From contig ML978135.1 of the NCBI GenBank assembly GCA_010015805.1, positions 496,001 through 560,000 of the forward strand: DNA of 64,000 nt. Reading direction: 5' to 3'. This document shows positions 11,946 to 25,737 of this stretch, in pieces. The position numbers were made by a program, and so were the translations under genes. The notes beneath the pieces are model-generated. The model was not told where the DNA came from and did not search any database. It was given only the letters and a program-made list of their open reading frames with translations. The stretch is from Rhizodiscina lignyota (taxonomy: Eukaryota). Each line of letters starts with the position of its first letter. Position 1 is the stretch's first letter.

Positions 11946-12839
11946 TCACTTGAATGCTCTCATGCCCCAATCAAAGCCATATCGATCCCATTCAGCTGGA
12001 ATACATCCACCTTCCTGGTGTACCACCTCCCACTCTTTCACAGTCTCTTCCTCGCTGGAGAGCTGAAATCTATCTACGTTGCCGAATACGATTCCGGCAC
12101 CCACAATCATCGTAATCAGACTACGAAGCTCCGCAAATGGGTTACGGAGCCACCTTATAGGTGCTCCGGGGTTCCGTCGAGGGAACCTCTTGGGTCGACG
12201 CCTGCGAGACTGCTCGGCCTTTTCTGGATTGTTCGCATCAATGTCATCGTTCTCGTTGGCATCTTCTCGGATGAGATGGACATTCACATGGATTTCTCGC
12301 AGATGCATCTTCTGCGGGAGTGGCCTCTGTGCGTCGAAGCGTGGGCCGCAATGGATGAAATGGTTCAAAGTCTGGTACAGCTTTCGAACGACTGGCATCG
12401 GACCGCCGTCTCCCCAGAATTGTCCATCTCTCATGTCATCGAAGACGACATTTGCCACCAGATACCGAGCGTCACTTGGAGGACATGGGATCCTTTCCCA
12501 CGTTGCCCTTAGTCCGAGAGACGGGTCGAGTTCCAGAACGTATGTTGCATTTTCTTCACTCTGGAGAAATGACGCTTCACTCGTCAGAGCTTTCATTTCA
12601 GCCGCTATTTCCTTGCAGGTGAAAAGGAGATTCAACCAGGGAAGTTGGAGAGGTCCCTTGAGCTGTGGGGTGCATCGAAAACCAGTTTGTGAGAAATGGC
12701 CGTCTTTCCAGTACTCTACAGTCGTACAGTTGATCTCAGTTCCGATGACCTCACGGTAAATCTGGCGTCGAAGTTCTCGCGGTAGGCCAAGAAGGCTGGC
12801 TCGATTGTCGGACGACATTCTCTTCGTGAACGACGCCAT
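11946..12839 (-). CDS. Hypothetical protein with N-terminal F-box-like motif
   Basis: 297-aa intronless ORF with 'SLLGLPRELRRQIYREVI' at the N-terminus and 'LLFTCKEIAAEM', a common fungal F-box-like pattern. Confidence 0.75.
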   Translation of the reverse strand: MASFTKRMSSDNRASLLGLPRELRRQIYREVIGTEINCTTVEYWKDGHFSQTGFRCTPQLKGPLQLPWLNLLFTCKEIAAEMKALTSEASFLQSEENATYVLELDPSLGLRATWERIPCPPSDARYLVANVVFDDMRDGQFWGDGGPMPVVRKLYQTLNHFIHCGPRFDAQRPLPQKMHLREIHVNVHLIREDANENDDIDANNPEKAEQSRRRRPKRFPRRNPGAPIRWLRNPFAELRSLITMIVGAGIVFGNVDRFQLSSEEETVKEWEVVHQEGGCIPAEWDRYGFDWGMRAFK

Positions 12840-13835
12840 CCCTGAAGAAGAAAAGCACTGCTCGGGTGAAATGGAATAGCTGCTTGCTAAGCGCTATTGG
12901 AGAGTGAAACTGATTGAAACTGAGACTGGACGCTGAAAAAGAAACAGACAGGTGAAGTGGCAGCCTGCCATGCTCTGAGGCTCCCGTCCCTGGCCCGGTT
13001 GTCGAGCTAACGTGCCTTCCCGACTCATTTGCAGGAGGAGCCAATGAGATCCAACTTGATGAAATACAAAGGTACTGTGACCGAGAGTCGCGTTGAACTC
13101 TCACCGTCTTACATCCGAACAAAGACACCGCTCTATAGGTGTATAAAAACGTCTTTGACTCTCTGTTCACCCTTCGAACATCATTGCCCGTCGTCTCAGG
13201 GGTTTGAATGTCCGAGATCGTAACGCGCCGTCGCGCCCAAATGGCCACGGTGGCACGCACCTCTCGGCCTTCGAAAGACCGTGCCGCACGCGACGCATCA
13301 CTCATCGCCATCGAGCAATCGCATCGTATTCAGTATTGTCCATGTCATCGCAGGGCATCGTTCATGCCACTGTTTTAAAAGAAGGAAGCATGGCGTTGGG
13401 TCGTCATTCTACATACATCAGAAGCCGAAAGTCCTCCGGCTCATTTCCGGTCGCGCATGTCATCGTGCGCAGATCTAAGCGTTTCTTTACAGTCCTTGTC
13501 TTGCGCCAACGCCCTTTTTGGAGCATCGGTTAGTATGTGTAATCCTGTCGTATTGGCCTCTGCTCCTCCATTCCGGGATCTCGGATGCCGCATGCCGCAG
13601 TAGTTTGTCTCCCGTTGCTTCAAGCCGCAGAATTGGTAACCCAGCACTTTGCTTTAGAAATCTTCACGGGAACTTCGCCGGGGAAGAGATGGCAACGTCA
13701 CTTGCTCAATTTATTCAAGTGGCATGAATATTTTTACAGCAGAGAAACAGCATTAATTCGAATCGCCATCGACACAGCAGCACTCCCCCACGGCGACTCA
13801 TTCTCCGCGACCCCCGCCCCATTTGGACGACGCTG

Positions 13836-15186
13836 ATGACAGAGATGGTAAACAACGAAAACGGAGATTTATCCAACGTGACATTGGGCGAGTCTGGAGA
13901 TTTTGAGAAATTCGAGAAAGGAAAAGACGATGTCATAGCCAACAATGATTCCGACGTCGAGAGCGGCACACCTCCTCAGAGAAGTCGATGGTCATCCGCC
14001 ATTGAAACATTCTCCCCCAACTGGTGAGAAGAATCGTGCGACATCTCCAATAAATGGCAGCGATACTAATATCCTATCTAGGTTCGCATTATGCATGAAC
14101 ACAGGTCTCTTGGGAATACAACTCCACCAGTTCCCGTACAAATTCCGTGGATCAAATGTGATAGCAACATGTTTCTTCATCAGCGAGGTCGTCCTCTTCT
14201 TCCTCTTCATTATCATCCAGATCATCCGTTTCTGTCTTTTCCCCCGCGCCGCCTGGAAACAGACTATTGCCACTATGGACGAGCTGTGTTTCTGGGGCTG
14301 CGTACCAATCGCGCTAGTCACCATTGTCGCGCAAATTGGAATCATTGGTTCCACGGCGAATTCATGGAGCGATTCAGCGCAGCATGGTATCACAGTGTTT
14401 GCCGTCGTGCTGTGGTGGATTGATACCGCCTTGATGCTTGTGACGGCCTACGTCGTGTACTACCTCATCGCGAGGTGGCGAATGGCCGAGAAGGCGCCCA
14501 TTCCATCAGGCATCTTCCTCCCTGCTGTTGGAACGACGACCGTTGGACTAGTCGGCGGCATTATGGTGAACGGCTCTTTCGGTCTATCGGCACGCCTTGC
14601 AGTACCTATAATTTTCGTGAGCTTTCTCCTTGAGGGCTTCGGCTGGTGGATCGCCATGCTCGTGTATCCGGTGTTCCTCGCCGAAATTTGGACCAAAGGA
14701 CTACCACCACCGTTCAAGCTCCCAACGATGATGATGCTTGTCGGTCCCGCAGGGCAAGTGGGAGCCGCACTTCACTCGCTCGGCACATCTGCAGCGACCT
14801 ATTTCGGGCCGTACAACAGAGGCACCTTTTTCACGGCAGAATTCGGCTTTGCCTTCGGCGCCGCGAGCAAAATGCTAGCTGTTATGTTCCTCGGTTTCGA
14901 CGTTTTTTGGGGCATTTTTGTCATTTACACTCTCGCCCATCACCTCATCTCAGGGAAGGCAAAGCCCGGCATGCCATGGTGGAGCACTATTTTCCCGCTC
15001 GGCACAATGAACTCCACGTTCCTCCTCCTCAGCCAAGAACTCGATAGCCCGACCTTCCGCGTGCTCGCAGCAGGCTTGTATCTTCTATTACTGATCGATT
15101 ATATTTGTTGCTGGATCATGACGATCTATCTTGTTTGGCGTGGCGACCTCTTGGACGGGCGGCCAAAGACTGAGAAGATTGCCTGA
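13836..15186 (+). CDS. SLAC1/TDT family anion efflux channel (Ssu1 sulfite pump / Mae1 malate transporter-like)
   Basis: 'FSPNW|FALCMNTG' is joined across intron 14024-14081. About 10 hydrophobic segments; contains 'MLVGPAGQ' and 'WWSTIFPLG'. Confidence 0.88.
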
Positions 15187-15484
15187 CGTTGGCTTTGGCA
15201 TCTCATAGACGAGAAGAATGAGAAACATGCATGGCGATTTGTCTTTGGTCTTCATAGAAAGCGTTAAAGCGATTAACGGATTTACATACATCTGATTGAA
15301 GAGATTGCAAATATCTCCTTGCCGCCTCTACTCATCTAATCAGTAAAGAAGATTCGTCCTCATCGTAAAACGCTGGACTCGGATCCCAACTTTCAACCTT
15401 CAAGCTGACTGCAAGCCGAAGCAGGTTGAACCATTAAAATCAGAGCACTTCATTATCCAGCATCAACATATCCGACTCGAGCTA

Positions 15485-16366
15485 CTACGAAAAGAATTTC
15501 GTGAACCATGAAATAGCCTGATCTTCTGCCTCAATGCCTTGCTCGTTCTCCTTGGGAACTTTGGGATTCGCCCGCACAGCGAAACCTGAGAAGGTCAGTA
15601 CATTCTGCATTCAGAGTGGCGATGACTGCGTACCATGTGTTGCCCCTTCGTACGTTTTGACTTCACACTCTGCTGGGCATTGCTTCAACCCGGCCTCAAC
15701 CTCCAGAATCTTGTCCCCGCGTATGTGATGGTCTTCCGACGGACATGCTACGCTCACTGGGAGTTTGACCGCATCAATATCGGCCGGGAGTTTGAGGGAG
15801 CTCGGATGCGCCGTAAAGCCCGCATTGATTAGGCTCTTTCCGCTAGCAGACTTTTCGGTGTCGCGAGCCAGCAAAAAGACGTGCTTGCCACCCCAGCAGA
15901 AGCCTGCGGCGCCGATGGGCTGGCTCTCGTCCTCGCTGCGCAGCTTCTTGAAGTACCCCAAGACGCCGGGCCAGGTCGCGCTGTGGCGGGCGCCGTACAG
16001 CCAGGACACGAACATGGGGATTCCTCGCACAACGTAGACAGCTTTCCAGAATGTGTGCACCCCCAAACTCTCATGCTTCTCCGTGACGTAGTCCATGATG
16101 TTCAGGAGCTCGGGATTCAGATCCCAGCCGCCCATGAAGTCGGGGAGCAGAACTCTGAAGCTGCCCTTCTTTGCATAGTTGTCTGCAAGAATGCGATTGT
16201 TGTTGAATTTCCAGCCAAAGGCGTCCGGTATAATCACTACTGTTCCCTTTGGAGCAGTACCGGATGGAGGTGATGCAACATAAGTCGCGAGGCCATAGAG
16301 CGTCTCAACGGTACCAGTGGGAGTACCTTCATGCAGTGTGCCGCTAACACAACCAGAGCAGGCCAT
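15485..16366 (-). CDS. Dienelactone hydrolase family alpha/beta hydrolase (Aim2-like)
   Basis: 'MACSGCVSGTLHEGTPTG', 'IIPDAFG', nucleophile motif GFCWGG and 'AHPS'. 'YEGATH|GFAVR' spans the last intron. Confidence 0.9.
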
Positions 16367-16986
16367 TATTTCGGGAGGCTAACGAACTGTAGAGAAGATA
16401 TGGACTGCAATTAGACAATTCAAAGAAAGTAACTGAGTTGATTTCTAGCTAATCTCTATTGACGGTAGAAGTTGGACAGTTTTTATAACAAAGCCAGCTG
16501 ATAACAGGGCATCTGTCAGCAGGCAGATTTCATGAATACGGTTGAGACGAGAGAGATTTCAATTTCGCGGCGGTGATGGAGCTGAGGCCCTTCGTCCGAC
16601 GGCAAAAGTCACGATTTCTGATAACTCCGTAGGATCTAACCGAACATAGTTACCACGGCTTCCAATTGGGCCTGGCGTGAGGATATCTCTAAAATTAAAC
16701 TTCACATCGCCAGCCCATCACGTTCTGGCATCACTACACGAGCTCTCTCTTTCTGGGCTGCATCAGTACGGCACCAAGTGATGATAACCAAATAATGGCT
16801 ACTCAACCAACTCTCTAAAAAGTTGTTGACAGATATAGTTTAATAGGTGTATTCTTGAACAAGAGACCTGCAATCATGAAATTGCATAGTGTTTGATGTA
16901 GGGAACCAAAGTAGTATGTAGCGCTCAACCCTCTTTTAATATTCGATGCAAATGGTTCGCACTTCACTGTCTCCAGCATATTCCAG

Positions 16987-19029
<2,043 letters not shown>

Positions 19030-19562
19030 TTCGAAAACGGAGAGAACTTAATAAATACTTATCAACCACTAATCATTTCCGTTCATATACTAAACTATTG
19101 GCTCATGATATACAGGGCACTGCGAGTCATATTCTCGGCTTGAGTTCACCCGCAATACATCAGTGCTCTCGACACGCATGCCGGTCAGAAGGAACCTTAA
19201 TCTATCGGAATTATTCAGGACAGAAGCGGAGACTCTCAAAAAGCCGGAGAAGAGTAAACGGCGAGAGGGGAAGTTGCCGTAGCTTGAGAGAGTGCAGACA
19301 ATTAGTAAGAGATCCTGGATTCTTGTATGGCAAATCATCTATTGCCGGCCATTTATGGAAACTCATGGGTCAATATCGTGAATCTTGCAGCATAGCCGTA
19401 GATAGTGGAGATCGAGCGCATGAACGAGTGTGACTGCAGATAATTGGTGGAAATCAAGATGTCGAGATGATCGGCTTTGTGTCAGGAGGTGCCCAATATG
19501 TGCTAGCGCGTAAGCACGTGCGCAGATGTAAATATCGCTCCTTAAGCTTCAGGATTTTCTCC

Positions 19563-19608
19563 CTTCAATCAACCCACGGTATTCGCCACTTCGTGCTCGC
19601 TGTGTGCT
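19563..19608. repeat. Copy 1 of a 46-bp direct repeat (43/46 identical to 22476-22521), upstream of the carboxylesterase
   Basis: cttcaatcaacccacggtattcgccacttcgtgctcgctgtgtgct; weaker similarity extends left through CACGTG at 19515-19520. Confidence 0.85.
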
Positions 19609-20013
19609 TCCAACCCCTCTGCCGATGGCCATTGAGCCTCATCATAATAGCACCATTCCCCTTGATAGGGAGGATGACATTACGCGTTCGACTAGGCGGA
19701 AGGAACCACTGAAGCCGGAAAGGACTCGCGCCTGTTACGTTTTCGCTATGCAGTTCTCCTAGTCCATGCCGATAGAATAGAAGGTTGTTGGGGCCTGCTA
19801 CGGCGGCTGGATCGACAGCGCAGGAAGCAATAATTCTGGCATATACTACAATTGCGGCTTCAGTCCTACATATCGAGTGTAGTGAAAATGATATTCGGAT
19901 AACTTTCTGTTTCAGATAGATAACCCGTTCTTCGCCGGAAGATGCTGGTGAGCGCGGAGGCATAGTAGAGCGCGGACTTTGAAGGCATCAGACAACATAG
20001 ATTCAACATAAGG

Positions 20014-22083
20014 TCATTCCATTTCTACAGGTTGGCTACTGGGCCTCAAATAAGGGAATCCATCTAAAACTGTTCCACCACTACTATACTCAGGCTGATA
20101 CATATCGATTCCATCCGGCTGGGCTGTCAACGCTGACGGTGCACTTCTTTCCGATTCCCAGGCCTTGGCCGAATCTCTGGAATTTCGAGAGCGCCGGTGG
20201 CGGAGACAGAATAATGTGATGCAGGCACCGCTAATGGCAATACCGGCGACTGCTCCAATCACAATTCCTGCAATTTCTCCGCCGGAGAGAGTCTTAGCCC
20301 TACTGGAGCTACTCTCACCAGAACTGGAAGAATTGGCCGATCCGAACAACGACGAGAGCCCAGCTTCCGTCCAGCCGTTTGAAGGCTCGGTCATGGTAGC
20401 ATTCCCGGATGGCCTGCAAAGAGTACATCAGCGAACTAGTATTGTCAATTGGTCTCTCGTGCGGCAATCCGAGTTCAGATCCCGTCACATGTCGAGAGAC
20501 ATGACGTTCTGTCTGGAATGATTGGATATGAAGAGACCAAGGCACCCAGATAGATAGCTGACTGGATAACGCCCGTTTATCTTTCGACCTGGTTGAAGGG
20601 AAAAATGACTCACCCTCCTCCAATCACGGACACTAATGCATCTGGTACTTGGTAAGGTGGCGCTTCTGCGTCATATACAGAGCCCCAGCTCAGGGCGCTG
20701 AGGTCGAAGACGGACAGGCCGTTTGGGTCCGGGTCACAGTCTGTAGTGATATTTGTTGAATTTCCGCCACCTCCAATAGTGACCATCTGTCTGGACCCAG
20801 CTTGATGGCAAGTGGCTCCCCACCTTGTAGTGGCTCCATTGTACGCGGCGGTCCAGGTGAAGGACGGTAGGCTCAGAATCGCCACATCGTCAAAGCTTTC
20901 TGCATGGTTCGTCCCACCATGCATATATATGTTTATGCTGCTATTGTCTGGTGCATATGCCACAACCAGGCAGAAGTCGGTGCGAGGATCCGGAATCTGT
21001 CCTGTGGCAGTCTGCTGGTACCATACATTGTTATCGGCCAGGGATGAATTGGATGTGTAGTCCAGCGTATTCAGGTCGAAGACTGCAATGTCAGTCATGG
21101 GAAGACAGCCATCTTCTTCGGTCCGACCCCCTAGCAGCACAAGTATTCCAGCCTCGCCCACGCCTTCCACATACACCATACCTCCCCCTTGGCGGTTGCT
21201 TTTGATTGAATCTTTCACAGTGACGTTATACATCCCGTGCGCACGGAGGGTTAGGACGATCAATCCGCCCGTGCCAACGGTGCTGTCGTTTAGAGATTGT
21301 GTGCTCTTCGCAGTCCCGTTGTCCAGTTGGCCGCCTACCCAGAAACCGAGACTCTTGTGGTCTTCCGCAAAGGCACCCCACGAGGGCGTGGTAGAGACCC
21401 AGAATGAAGTATCCACTCCAATCCATAGCTTCGAGACCCCATCCAAGTACCATAGCCCATTTCTGGTTGTGGGTGCTATTTCATAGCCGGGGAAGGATTC
21501 GTTGAAGCCGGATGTGGTCCCACCATACATGTACAAATCGCTACTGCCAGGCCATCCACTGAAGAGGGCCCCCTTTTGCACGTTCAGAGGAAATGACAGG
21601 CCGGAGACACTGCCTCCCATAGTGTGGTTCTGTTGAGTGATCGAAACGTTTGTCTTCGAGTCCCAAGAGCTGTTCATGTCAACAAGAATAAGAAACTCAT
21701 CTTCCGAGGGCACATGGGGATTAGCTTTGAAGACATCAAAAGCAAGAGGCGTTAGAGAGGGGTCTTACTTATTCCTGAAGTGATTGTGTCCAATTCTTGG
21801 TGCCCGCCCTCGTTGACACCCACAAACGTTTCTATCCCTCCATTTATGTAAAGCGTGCCATCTCTGAGAGTTGCTGGGTAGGGTGCTGTGAGCTTACGGC
21901 CAAATCTAACAGTTGATTATCGGGAAAACTTACAGCCATGGCCAACTCTTCTGCAAAAGCTCGTCACCGGGTTAAGGGAATTCCCAGCTCGAACGACCGT
22001 GACTTGAGCCAGAGCAAAGAAGAGGGAAAGTAAGCGTTTGCTCTGACCTGAGGCTTCGACGGCCAGCCTATTCGATGCCACAT
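20014..22083 (-). CDS. Kelch/galactose-oxidase-like beta-propeller single-pass membrane protein; 4 exons; start codon appears out of frame
   Basis: Signal-like 'LLSLFFALAQVTVVRA', 'FCRRVGHG', Kelch repeats (LYMYGG, FWVGG, LVLLGG, IYMHGG, MVTIGG), a Ser-rich linker and TM 'IAGIVIGAVAGIAISGACITLFCL' followed by a basic stop-transfer segment. Confidence 0.8.
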
Positions 22084-22475
22084 GTGGCCTAAGGATTGAG
22101 GGGATGTGTGAATAGACAAAGGAAGCACAGAGCTTGGTATGATCCTACTCTGAACAGTGGCCGGCCGATTAATAGCTCGGAAAAGGTCCTTCATGGACTC
22201 AAAGTCAGGACCATCGGTTGCTTCGCATACCGCTCGCTCCCAACCTCTTTTTGGGCTGGTCATCCGTTTACGTGTCCGCCTATGCGGCCGCACAGTGTAG
22301 TGGAAGGATCACACTTGTGGCACTCAAGGAGTGGAAAACGGTGCCACTGAGTTAGCGTCTCTATGACCTTAGCTTTCTTGGAGCTGGCAGGGGTGCCCAC
22401 TACCCAGAGCGTCCTAGTGTGCAGGCACGTGCGCTGATGTAGCTTAGCATCGCTCTCTCCTGCAGAGATTCCTCT

Positions 22476-22521
22476 CTTCAATCAATCCACGATATTCGCC
22501 ACTTCGTGCTCGCTGCGTGCT
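22476..22521. repeat. Copy 2 of the 46-bp direct repeat, upstream of the Kelch gene
   Basis: cttcaatcaatccacgatattcgccacttcgtgctcgctgcgtgct; CACGTG at 22426-22431. Confidence 0.85.
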
Positions 22522-22629
22522 CTGGCAGGAACATGTCAGAATTTCGGGGTCGAAAACATAGATGTGAGATGACACGTACTAATACGGGTGGGGGCAAAGG
22601 GATCGACGATTTGTAGGAAAAGTAGACTA

Positions 22630-22990
22630 AAAGATTTGAAAAAGTCAGAGTAGAGCCTTAGAGCCGCTACTAAGGTTGGCTAGTTACACCGTAGTTAGTA
22701 TCATTTACCCCAGCCTTCTATCTGACTTGGATCTTCGATCACATGATAGATTCACTACTGAAGTTATAGTAGTATGGCATTACTCTCTGTCATATACAAG
22801 TTTATTCCACCTTTTAAATATCTTTATTTTTTGTTCATCTTCCTTATGCTCCGTATTTAATCGTTTACAACAAGTATCTCAATGCAATTACTCTAGTTCT
22901 ATATTAGGCTTAGCGCACCAAGCTCTACCTCGCCATAGTCACAGTTATAAGAGACTGTTACTTTTCTCCGCTGAAACCCTGATTTAGGAC
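22630..22990. mobile_element. AT-rich, TpA-rich degenerate segment, probably a RIP-mutated repeat relic
   Basis: Abrupt drop in GC with many TA/TAG words (tagttagta, ctctagttctatattagg) and no credible ORF. The element family is not recognisable. Confidence 0.35.
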
Positions 22991-23482
22991 TTCCTTCCAC
23001 ACCCTCACAACTTAATGAACAACATATCCTCTTCGAGAAGCTCTCAATGTCGGCCATATGAAGTAATGGGCGGCAAGTCTCAGGAACTTCACGATACCGT
23101 GGAATCGAAAATCTGTCAATGCCTCAGCAGCATTCCTGCTCTGTACCGCGACTCAACTTCATCGGAAGCCTCGGGTTCTCTCACATTGGAAGAGCTTCTC
23201 AAGTTGGAGTTCATCGGACAACGTTCCTACTGTTGGGCTGTTCATCGCGATTGGCAGCTCGGTGCTTTGATGAACCGCTGGGCTCTGCCAGGCACGACGC
23301 ACGTCTGTCGATCCTCGTGTCGATATGCGAAACCCCGCAAACGACCATGGAGCTATCCAAGATTTTGACTAGAGTTGTGGAGCCTTCGGGCACAATTTGC
23401 TTATATGTACGGGGTCGATTTTCTGGTCAAGTATGCTCCAGTTCCACTTTCGTGAACGCCAGCTTGTCCTCTCAGTCGCAAT

Positions 23483-25618
23483 ATGGGGCTGCTCCCAGTC
23501 GTGTTGGTAGCTTTCTCTTCCTTCATTTACATTGCTCAAGCCGCTGCCACTACCTCTCCATCCTGGCATAAATATGTTCGTGCTCCGAAGTCACAGATTG
23601 TGTATCCTGCGAAAGTATTCAATGTTACAGGAGATGTCACAAATGCAGATGCACTACTAAATCATAAAGGCAAAACTGCCTTCACTCGAAAAGCAACTTC
23701 AGATACCGTCCCTTCTGTCACTCTCGACTTTGGCCAGAACATTGTTGGATATCCGCAGATATCTTTCTCTGGAACGTCTGCTAACCACCCGGGCATTCGC
23801 TTGGTGTTCTCTGAGAGCACGCAATATTTGACAAATGTATCTGATTTCAGTCGATCGGATAATGAGGGTTCTACTCCATTGACCCCTGGGACTGATCAAA
23901 TTGCACCTCCCACCACATCTTGGAAATGGCAAGACAGCTATGGCTGTCAGTACAATGGGACTCAGGTCTGCGCCGATGGCCTGCATGGATTCCGCTACAT
24001 GAGGATCGAATTGGATGCGTCGGACGCAGATGCGCCGTATACCTCAAAGAATGGATCTGTTAGCATCAGCTCAGTATCATTGAACTTTACGGCGCTTCTC
24101 GGCACGCCTGCTACTTATACCGGTTGGTTCGAGTGCTCAGACGAAACCCTTACGCAGTACTGGTTCGATGGCACATACACAACGGAAATGGTCACGGACC
24201 ACTTCCGCCAGACCGACTGTGATCCGCGTAACGCATGGTCGCCCACCCTGGAAGGAAAGCTCGTATTGCATGATGGTGCCAAAAGAGATCGAGACCCGTA
24301 CGTGGGCGACATTGCTGTCTCTGGAAGGACTTCGTACCTCTCCCACAACGTCCCTGAAGCGGCGAAGAATGTAATCGCTGATCTAGCTGATCACCAGCGC
24401 GCAGATGGCTGGATCCCACCTGCGAGCATCAACAACTATACGCTTCCGCTCTTTGACTATCCGCTTTGGTGGGTTGTGACATCTTGGGACTACATCCTCT
24501 ATACCGGAGATATGGACTATGCCAATACGTACTATCCACATCTGCTCTCTGTCCTCGACAAATGGTATCCTACCGTAACCGACAGCAACGGTCTCCTTTC
24601 CAAAGGCCTCAACAACACATCCGGCTACGGGGACTATTTCTTTTCTCCCCGCAACGCAGAAGTGACATACTACAATGGCTTATACGCCCTGGCCCTTAAA
24701 GCAGCCTCGTCATACGCTAGTTCACTTAAACACACCGCCGACGCGTCCCGCTGGTCTGGTCGCGCAACGACTGTCTCTAATGCAATAAACGCACACCTCT
24801 GGGACTCCAAAACCGGCGCATACTATGACACATCCAACTTGACGACTGGCGTCCGGCATTCGCAAGACGGTAACTCACTCGCCATCCTCTCCGGCGCAGC
24901 GCCGCTCCCTCGCGCGCAATCAGCGCTCAATTACCTCTCCAAGGCAACTCATCAGCCATACGGCAATGCCTTCTTCGATGCCGAGTTCCCGCTCTCGGAT
25001 GGAGTGTATAATGCTACGCGTCGTGTGTACGCGTTCATATCGTACTTCGACATCTCAGCGCGCTTTGAGTCTGGACTCGCGGAGTCGGCGCACGATATCA
25101 TTAATCGGATGTACGGCTGGATGGCAGCGAATGATCCGGGCATCACAATGTGGGAGGGAATCGGTCCGCCAGATCCTGGCGATGGTGGAGGCTCGGGGAC
25201 GAAGTATGAGGCCGGATACACGAGTCTGGCTCATGGCTGGAGCACCGGCGTTGTGTCTGCGTTAAGCAATTATGTGCTGGGTGTCATCCCGACAGGAGCT
25301 GGGTTTGAGACATGGAGTTTGAAGCCGTATATGCTAGAGAGCGTAAGCTGGGCAAGAGGTGTGGTGCCAACACCGAAGGGCGGGCTGGGGGTTAGCTGGG
25401 ACAAGGGGAGTAATGGGAAGTTTGAGATGAGGGTCGAGGTACCGAAGGGAACTACCGGGACAGTAAGCGTACCAAATGAAGGAGGGAAAGGGAAGGTGTA
25501 CGTGAATGGGAAAGCCATCTTCCCACCAGGGAAAGGTAAGGGTGCAAAGTATGAAGACGGTTATGTTGTAATGACCGGCATCGGCGCGGGCACGCACAGC
25601 TTTACCGTATCTGCATGA
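23483..25618 (+). CDS. Secreted alpha-L-rhamnosidase (GH78, six-hairpin glycosidase)
   Basis: 711-aa intronless ORF with signal peptide, 'LDFGQNIVG', 'HGFRYM', 'DGAKRDRDPYVGD', 'TMWEGI', 'SLAHGWS' and 'GVVPTPKG'. Confidence 0.92.
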   Translation: MGLLPVVLVAFSSFIYIAQAAATTSPSWHKYVRAPKSQIVYPAKVFNVTGDVTNADALLNHKGKTAFTRKATSDTVPSVTLDFGQNIVGYPQISFSGTSANHPGIRLVFSESTQYLTNVSDFSRSDNEGSTPLTPGTDQIAPPTTSWKWQDSYGCQYNGTQVCADGLHGFRYMRIELDASDADAPYTSKNGSVSISSVSLNFTALLGTPATYTGWFECSDETLTQYWFDGTYTTEMVTDHFRQTDCDPRNAWSPTLEGKLVLHDGAKRDRDPYVGDIAVSGRTSYLSHNVPEAAKNVIADLADHQRADGWIPPASINNYTLPLFDYPLWWVVTSWDYILYTGDMDYANTYYPHLLSVLDKWYPTVTDSNGLLSKGLNNTSGYGDYFFSPRNAEVTYYNGLYALALKAASSYASSLKHTADASRWSGRATTVSNAINAHLWDSKTGAYYDTSNLTTGVRHSQDGNSLAILSGAAPLPRAQSALNYLSKATHQPYGNAFFDAEFPLSDGVYNATRRVYAFISYFDISARFESGLAESAHDIINRMYGWMAANDPGITMWEGIGPPDPGDGGGSGTKYEAGYTSLAHGWSTGVVSALSNYVLGVIPTGAGFETWSLKPYMLESVSWARGVVPTPKGGLGVSWDKGSNGKFEMRVEVPKGTTGTVSVPNEGGKGKVYVNGKAIFPPGKGKGAKYEDGYVVMTGIGAGTHSFTVSA

Positions 25619-25737
25619 TAGTTATGTGAGCATTCAAAACACTTTTGGTCCCATTTTGTGGCCGTGGTATCTATGTGTACCGATACATACTCGTGAGAGG
25701 CATCGACAGATCATGATGACATCTACATTCGTCGACT

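Noticed and set aside
11886..12759. Long plus-strand ORFs (208 and 226 aa)
   Set aside because: Antisense shadows of the minus-strand gene at 11946-12839.
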